Shown in pieces: positions 7,875 through 11,799 of a DNA stretch of 11,799 nucleotides. The notes beneath the pieces are model-generated. The model had not been told where the DNA came from, did not search any database, and worked only from the letters and a program-made list of their open reading frames with translations. The translations under genes were made by a program, and so were the position numbers. Numbering within the stretch: the first letter of the stretch is position 1; each line of letters opens with the position of its first letter. This DNA is from an uncultured Nitrospinaceae bacterium (GTDB taxonomy: Bacteria; UBA8248). The stretch lies in contig CAXFSR010000062.1 of the NCBI GenBank assembly GCA_964005815.1, forward strand, positions 1-11,799, in the 5' to 3' direction.

Positions 7875-8336
7875 ATGAAAAAAACTGCTTTCACTTTACT
7901 CTTATTTATTTCTATCATCATGTTCTTCTCATCTACCGCAAAGGCTAGATTAAATCCTAAAATACCCTTATGGCATCAAGTCGATTTTTTAAACTGCCGT
8001 GGTGAACATTACATTAACTGCAAAAAAAACGAACCCTGCAAAAAAGAAAAATCAACAGCAAAATGGCAGATTGATTTTAAACGTTCTCGAATAATCTACC
8101 TCACCACTAAATATTCAGAGGGAATTTTAAATAAATTTTTCAGATATTATCCGAATATCAATATTTCTGTGCATACATTATTCATCGAGGGAAGATTAAT
8201 GAAATTCAATATGGACAACCAAGAGAGTTCTGGATTCATCAACAAAGTAGAAGCGATTACACTGGGTTATAGTTTTGGTTCTAAAAACTATTCTCGATCC
8301 TCTAATACAACTACTTTCTCTTGTTTTTATAGGTAA
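7875..8336 (+). CDS. Secreted hypothetical protein
   Basis: Signal peptide MKKTAFTLLLFISIIMFFSSTAKA; four Cys in the mature part; fills the gap between co-oriented genes. Confidence 0.7.
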   Translation: MKKTAFTLLLFISIIMFFSSTAKARLNPKIPLWHQVDFLNCRGEHYINCKKNEPCKKEKSTAKWQIDFKRSRIIYLTTKYSEGILNKFFRYYPNINISVHTLFIEGRLMKFNMDNQESSGFINKVEAITLGYSFGSKNYSRSSNTTTFSCFYR

Positions 8337-8370
8337 ATAATAAAATTTTTAGACCATATTTGGAGAGACA

Positions 8371-9411
8371 ATGAAAAATTCCTGTACTTTCTTAACCGGT
8401 GGAGATATTGCCCCTGACAGAAAAAGCGGCAAAAACCTACTCGGAAAAACTGCAGAGCTTTTCTCAAATGCTGACTATTCATTTGTAAATTTAGAACACA
8501 ATTTAGCAACCAGTGGCACTCTCATGAAGGGAAAACCAACTCATCACCGGGGAACCCCTAATCTCATCGACGGTTTTATAGATGCGGGCTTTGATGCCCT
8601 CATTGTCGCGAACAACCATATGATGGACTTTGGAACAGAATCCTTTTTTGACACTATAGACCTTTTAGATGCTAAAAATATTCCATATACAGGAGCAGGA
8701 AAAAATATCAAAGAAGCAAAAAAACCCATTATTCTTAACAGGAACAATTTGGAAATTGGTCTCCTTGCCTACAGCACTACCCTTCCTCAAGGTTCAGCAG
8801 CCGGAGCTAATGAACCTGGAGTAAATCCAATGAAAGTACATACTCACTACACGCCTATTCGAAACCCTATAGAATATCCTGGATCAGAAATGATCATTCA
8901 CACTAAAACCGTTGCAACTGACCTTTCTCGAATGAAAAGAGAGATTTCTTCTCTCAAGAAGAAGACTGATGTAGTTTTGGTTTACAATCACTGGGGTGCG
9001 AGCATGTCGCATGATATTTCAGATTACCAACAAGAAATAGGATATGCCGCTATTGATGCAGGAGCCTGCGGTGTTTTTGGTGGGCATCAACATGTATTGC
9101 AAGGCATAGAATTTTATAAAGGATGTCCTATTGTACACTGCACAGGAAACTTGATTTTTGACATAGTCGAACCTTTTTTTACAGAAGCAACGCATCAAAC
9201 ATTTTTGTTTGGAGGAACCCTTTCAAAAAAAGGAATCAGCGACGCTTACATTATTCCCTGTCGCTGCGGTGTTGAAAATTCCCCGAAGATCCTCTCTCCT
9301 AATACAGGAGAAGGAAAGGAAATCACAAGATTCTTAAGGGAACTATCAAAGCCTTTCGGAACTACTTTGAAACCGAGTAAAACAAAAGTCTTTATCAATC
9401 CCAAAAAGTAA
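8371..9411 (+). CDS. CapA/PgsA-like (PGA_cap) metallophosphoesterase-fold protein
   Basis: GGDI, VNLE, ANNHMMDFG, HWG, GGHQHVLQG and GNLIFD motifs of the CapA family; GGAG RBS; no obvious signal or anchor. Confidence 0.88.
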   Translation: MKNSCTFLTGGDIAPDRKSGKNLLGKTAELFSNADYSFVNLEHNLATSGTLMKGKPTHHRGTPNLIDGFIDAGFDALIVANNHMMDFGTESFFDTIDLLDAKNIPYTGAGKNIKEAKKPIILNRNNLEIGLLAYSTTLPQGSAAGANEPGVNPMKVHTHYTPIRNPIEYPGSEMIIHTKTVATDLSRMKREISSLKKKTDVVLVYNHWGASMSHDISDYQQEIGYAAIDAGACGVFGGHQHVLQGIEFYKGCPIVHCTGNLIFDIVEPFFTEATHQTFLFGGTLSKKGISDAYIIPCRCGVENSPKILSPNTGEGKEITRFLRELSKPFGTTLKPSKTKVFINPKK

Positions 9412-9432
9412 GCAGACAAGAGGTTTTCACTT

Positions 9433-10152
9433 ATGCATTTTAAATCCTTCCTGCCTGTAATTTTTTTAGTGTTCGTATTTTCAATTGCATTATCAAAAGA
9501 AGTTAGTGGCGAATTAAAAGAAGGAATTAAAGCTATCAAAATTGGGGACTACGTTTCTGCGTATAAGGAATTTACTCCTCTAGCAAAAAAAGGAAACCCC
9601 ACAGCACAGTTTTACCTCGGACAAATGTATCGCCTTGGATTGTACGTAAATCAAGACCACCAAAAATCATACAAATGGTACACAAAATCGGCAAAACAAG
9701 GGGTACCATTTGCGCAGTTTTACTTAGGCAATATTTACTTAAGAGGAACAGGTGTTCCTATCGATATTACGAAAGCAAAAAAATGGTACATCAAAGCCGC
9801 AAATCAGGGGCACATTATTGCGCAATATCATCTAGGTAGGATGTACCAAAGAGGAGACGGCGTTTCCCCTAACGATCAAAAAGCATTGAAATGGTTCAAA
9901 AAAGCTGCAATACAAGGATATATTCTAGCGCAGTACAAATTAGGATTATTGTACATAACAGGAGAAGGTGTTCCAAAAGACTTTGTACAAGCACATATGT
10001 GGTTGAATCTATCTAGCAAGATTGGCAAAAACAAAGTTGCAATCGTACTTATGAAAACGATCGAAAAAGACATGACTAGCTTGCAGATTCAAAGAGCAAA
10101 ATCTCTAGCAAGAGAATGGGTAAAAGATCAAAAAAAGAATAAAGATTACTAA
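9433..10152 (+). CDS. Secreted Sel1-repeat (SLR/TPR-like) protein
   Basis: N-terminal hydrophobic signal followed by four ~36-aa repeats of the form AQxxLGxxYxxGxxV...W....A..G, preceded by a partial repeat. Confidence 0.92.
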   Translation: MHFKSFLPVIFLVFVFSIALSKEVSGELKEGIKAIKIGDYVSAYKEFTPLAKKGNPTAQFYLGQMYRLGLYVNQDHQKSYKWYTKSAKQGVPFAQFYLGNIYLRGTGVPIDITKAKKWYIKAANQGHIIAQYHLGRMYQRGDGVSPNDQKALKWFKKAAIQGYILAQYKLGLLYITGEGVPKDFVQAHMWLNLSSKIGKNKVAIVLMKTIEKDMTSLQIQRAKSLAREWVKDQKKNKDY

Positions 10153-10169
10153 TAATTACTTTGAATCAA

Positions 10170-10595
10170 CTACCTAATACCATTATTCCGCTGGAGTTCT
10201 CTAATATATTTTATGATTTTAGTAACCTTTTCTTTTTCTAGAGTTTTAATAGCAGGCATATTTCCAAAATTCCAATGATGAGAACGGACGCCGTTTTTAA
10301 CAGCCATATAAAATGCAATGTCCCCGTGATGACTTGGCTCATAAATTTTATGTACTAAAGGGGGACCAAGTCCTCCCATTCCTGCGGCCAATTTCCCATG
10401 ACATTTGGCGCAATTTTCGTCGAAATATTTTTTTCCTATTTGTGAATCTTTAGATAAAAATTCTGGGTTTTTCACTCTCACCATTGCACCAGTGCTAGAG
10501 ATGATATTTTCGCTTCTGTGATTTTTTCTTTTCATTAGAAACATCACTGACAAAACTATTGCACATAAACAAATAAACAAAATTATTCTTTTCAT
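10170..10595 (-). CDS. Monoheme c-type cytochrome with N-terminal signal/anchor
   Basis: CAKCH heme-binding motif, GPPL, and a candidate distal Met in HHWNFGNMP. Start is ATG 10595 or GTG 10604. Confidence 0.88.
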   Translation of the reverse strand: MKRIILFICLCAIVLSVMFLMKRKNHRSENIISSTGAMVRVKNPEFLSKDSQIGKKYFDENCAKCHGKLAAGMGGLGPPLVHKIYEPSHHGDIAFYMAVKNGVRSHHWNFGNMPAIKTLEKEKVTKIIKYIRELQRNNGIR

Positions 10596-10655
10596 AATCT
10601 TCACTTTTTAAATTTAGATACTCAAGAAGTGAGTTCAAATTTTAAAAAAATATTT

Positions 10656-10701
10656 TGGTGTCCCCGGCAGGACTCGAACCTGCTGCCTCAGGATTAGGAA
10701 T
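10656..10701 (-). pseudogene. 3' half of tRNA-Arg(CCU); probable att-site remnant of an integrative element
   Basis: The minus strand reads A TTCCTAA TCCTG AGGCA GCAGG TTCGAGT CCTGC CGGGGAC A CCA: anticodon loop (CCT), 3' anticodon strand, complete T arm, 3' acceptor strand and CCA. The 5' anticodon strand (CAGGA), D arm and 5' acceptor strand (GTCCCCG) are absent upstream. Confidence 0.88.
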
Positions 10702-10881
10702 ATCATATATGTCATATTTGCACTTTATGCAAAAATTTATCTTCTTGCAAAATATCTTTTTGGAATTGCCCTACTTTCAACTATCACAGCAGTTGGACTA
10801 TACGTAAAAGACGTTATTCTCTCAGCAGAAATACTCGATTTACTTTTACACCGTCATATGGATACAAAGAATTAGACTTGT

Positions 10882-11799
10882 TTACTTCTCTAAAAAGTCT
10901 TCAAACAGAACTCTTTTCGATCTCATTGTCTTGTATCTTGCGTTAGTCATCCAACAAGAGAGATAAAGAGTAGATTTTGTGAGTTTTTCTGCAAGAATTG
11001 AAGAAGACAGTTTGCCAGAGACTGTTCGGGACTTTCCATACGAAATACTGTTGGCATCCAGAAGATTTGTTAACGTAGCCGATTTAATCCCAAAATTCAC
11101 ATTTTGCGGAATGTACTTTAATTTCTTTATTGCAAATTTCAAATCCAATGTAGTAACTGCCACTCCCAACACATTTCCGTTTCTATCTGTTATAGGTCCG
11201 CCACTATTGCCAGGTTGTATAGCTGCATCTATCTGAAAGTTTGAGTAATTATTACTTACTCCAGCCAATGAACTAACAATACCTTTCGTCACTTTTATGG
11301 AACGGCTGATCTTTCTTCCAAATGGAAATCCACTGACATAAATCTCTTCTAACAATTTAGGATTTGCCATTCTCACATTAAGATACTGTTTCTGAATCAA
11401 TTTTGTTTTCAGAAGTGCAAGATCGTTTACATTATCGACAGCCAATATCTTGCCTGGATAAGCTGATCCTTTATTGTATGCGTAAACTCTATTACAACCT
11501 CTCACGACATGATAATTCGTTACTATATGTCCTGCATCTGAAACAAGGAATCCGCTTCCTGAACCAGCAGGACGAAAGATATTCTGTCCACCCTGCGCTT
11601 CTCTTTTCCTTGCGGCTTCTCTTTTCCTTGCGGCTTCTCTTTTCCTTGCGGCTTCATAATAATTATTATTGTCTATTTTTTTTAACGCAGCCTTTATATA
11701 ATTATTGTTACTTAACATCTTTTTTGCTTTCTTATTCCCTTTTCTGGCTGCTATCCTATAGTGTTTCGCAGCTTTTACATAACTTTGCTCAACGGCATC
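10882..11799 (-). CDS. Trypsin-like (S1/Trypsin_2) serine protease with an N-terminal Sel1-like repeat, 5'-truncated by the window edge
   Basis: Catalytic triad motifs VTNYHVV, NDLALL and QPGNSGGP. The frame stays open beyond ATG 11718 to the window end and reads DAVEQSYVKAAKHYRIAARKGNKKAKK, the second half of a Sel1-type repeat. No PDZ domain. Confidence 0.9.
   Translation of the reverse strand, partial: DAVEQSYVKAAKHYRIAARKGNKKAKKMLSNNNYIKAALKKIDNNNYYEAARKREAARKREAARKREAQGGQNIFRPAGSGSGFLVSDAGHIVTNYHVVRGCNRVYAYNKGSAYPGKILAVDNVNDLALLKTKLIQKQYLNVRMANPKLLEEIYVSGFPFGRKISRSIKVTKGIVSSLAGVSNNYSNFQIDAAIQPGNSGGPITDRNGNVLGVAVTTLDLKFAIKKLKYIPQNVNFGIKSATLTNLLDANSISYGKSRTVSGKLSSSILAEKLTKSTLYLSCWMTNARYKTMRSKRVLFEDFLEK
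11597..11655. repeat. Perfect 18-bp coding tandem repeat, 3 full copies plus 5 bp
   Basis: GCTTCTCTTTTCCTTGCG at 11597, 11615 and 11633, then GCTTC; encodes (EAARKR)x3 on the minus strand. Confidence 0.95.

Noticed and set aside
10606..10650. Imperfect palindrome around ACTCA-AGAAG-TGAGT with AAATTT arms, downstream of the tRNA fragment
   Set aside because: It is almost entirely A/T with bulges. It may be a weak terminator but cannot be supported.
10656..10735. Intact tRNA-Arg gene
   Set aside because: There is no D arm, no 5' acceptor strand and no pairing 5' anticodon strand upstream of 10701 on the minus strand.
10702..10875. Hydrophobic open frame on + (IIYVIFALYAKIYLLAKYLFGIALLSTITAVGLYV...MDTKN, TAG 10873-10875) next to the att junction
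   Set aside because: It has no usable start or RBS and no recognisable family, and AT-rich DNA readily yields hydrophobic frames. It could be a gene remnant but this is unsupported without a homology search.
222..11236. Short ORF-track entries opposite or overlapping real genes (222..557, 912..1349, 952..1182, 2711..2950, 4362..4574, 4966..5379, 5691..5882, 5702..5938, 6285..6482, 8327..8509, 8544..8747, 9246..9539, 9876..10073, 10979..11236)
   Set aside because: These are antisense shadows of well-supported genes with no recognisable motifs.
11597..11655. CRISPR array
   Set aside because: The units are directly adjacent with no spacers, are in frame within a CDS, and no cas genes are present.
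11718..11718. ATG 11718 as the start of the protease
   Set aside because: The frame stays open to the window edge and encodes a Sel1-like segment, so the true start is probably outside the window.

Overview
AT-rich bacterial chromosomal window. From left to right it holds: the 3' end of a cupin gene (missed by the ORF track); a large basic secreted hypothetical protein; a second, paralogous cupin; and a convergent family-5 (Dpp/Opp/Nik-type) ABC importer with a binding protein and two permeases but no ATPase. Divergent from the importer is a run of genes encoding an AhpD/CMD-family protein, a CMD/PcaC-like protein, an aldo-keto reductase, a secreted hypothetical protein, a CapA-family metallophosphoesterase and a Sel1-repeat protein. 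A monoheme cytochrome c, a 3' half of tRNA-Arg(CCU) and the C-terminal part of a Sel1-repeat trypsin-like serine protease follow. There are two main signals. (1) The ORF-track fragments 5721..5969 and 6048..6374 are one in-frame gene split only by a TGA in a C-T-Y-[TGA] redox motif, followed by a hairpin with a GGUC loop, so this is a probable unannotated CxxU AhpD-like selenoprotein with a bacterial SECIS. (2) The truncated tRNA-Arg(CCU) at 10656..10701 looks like the att scar of an integrated island extending rightwards out of the window. No database searches were run; family calls come from motif recognition.
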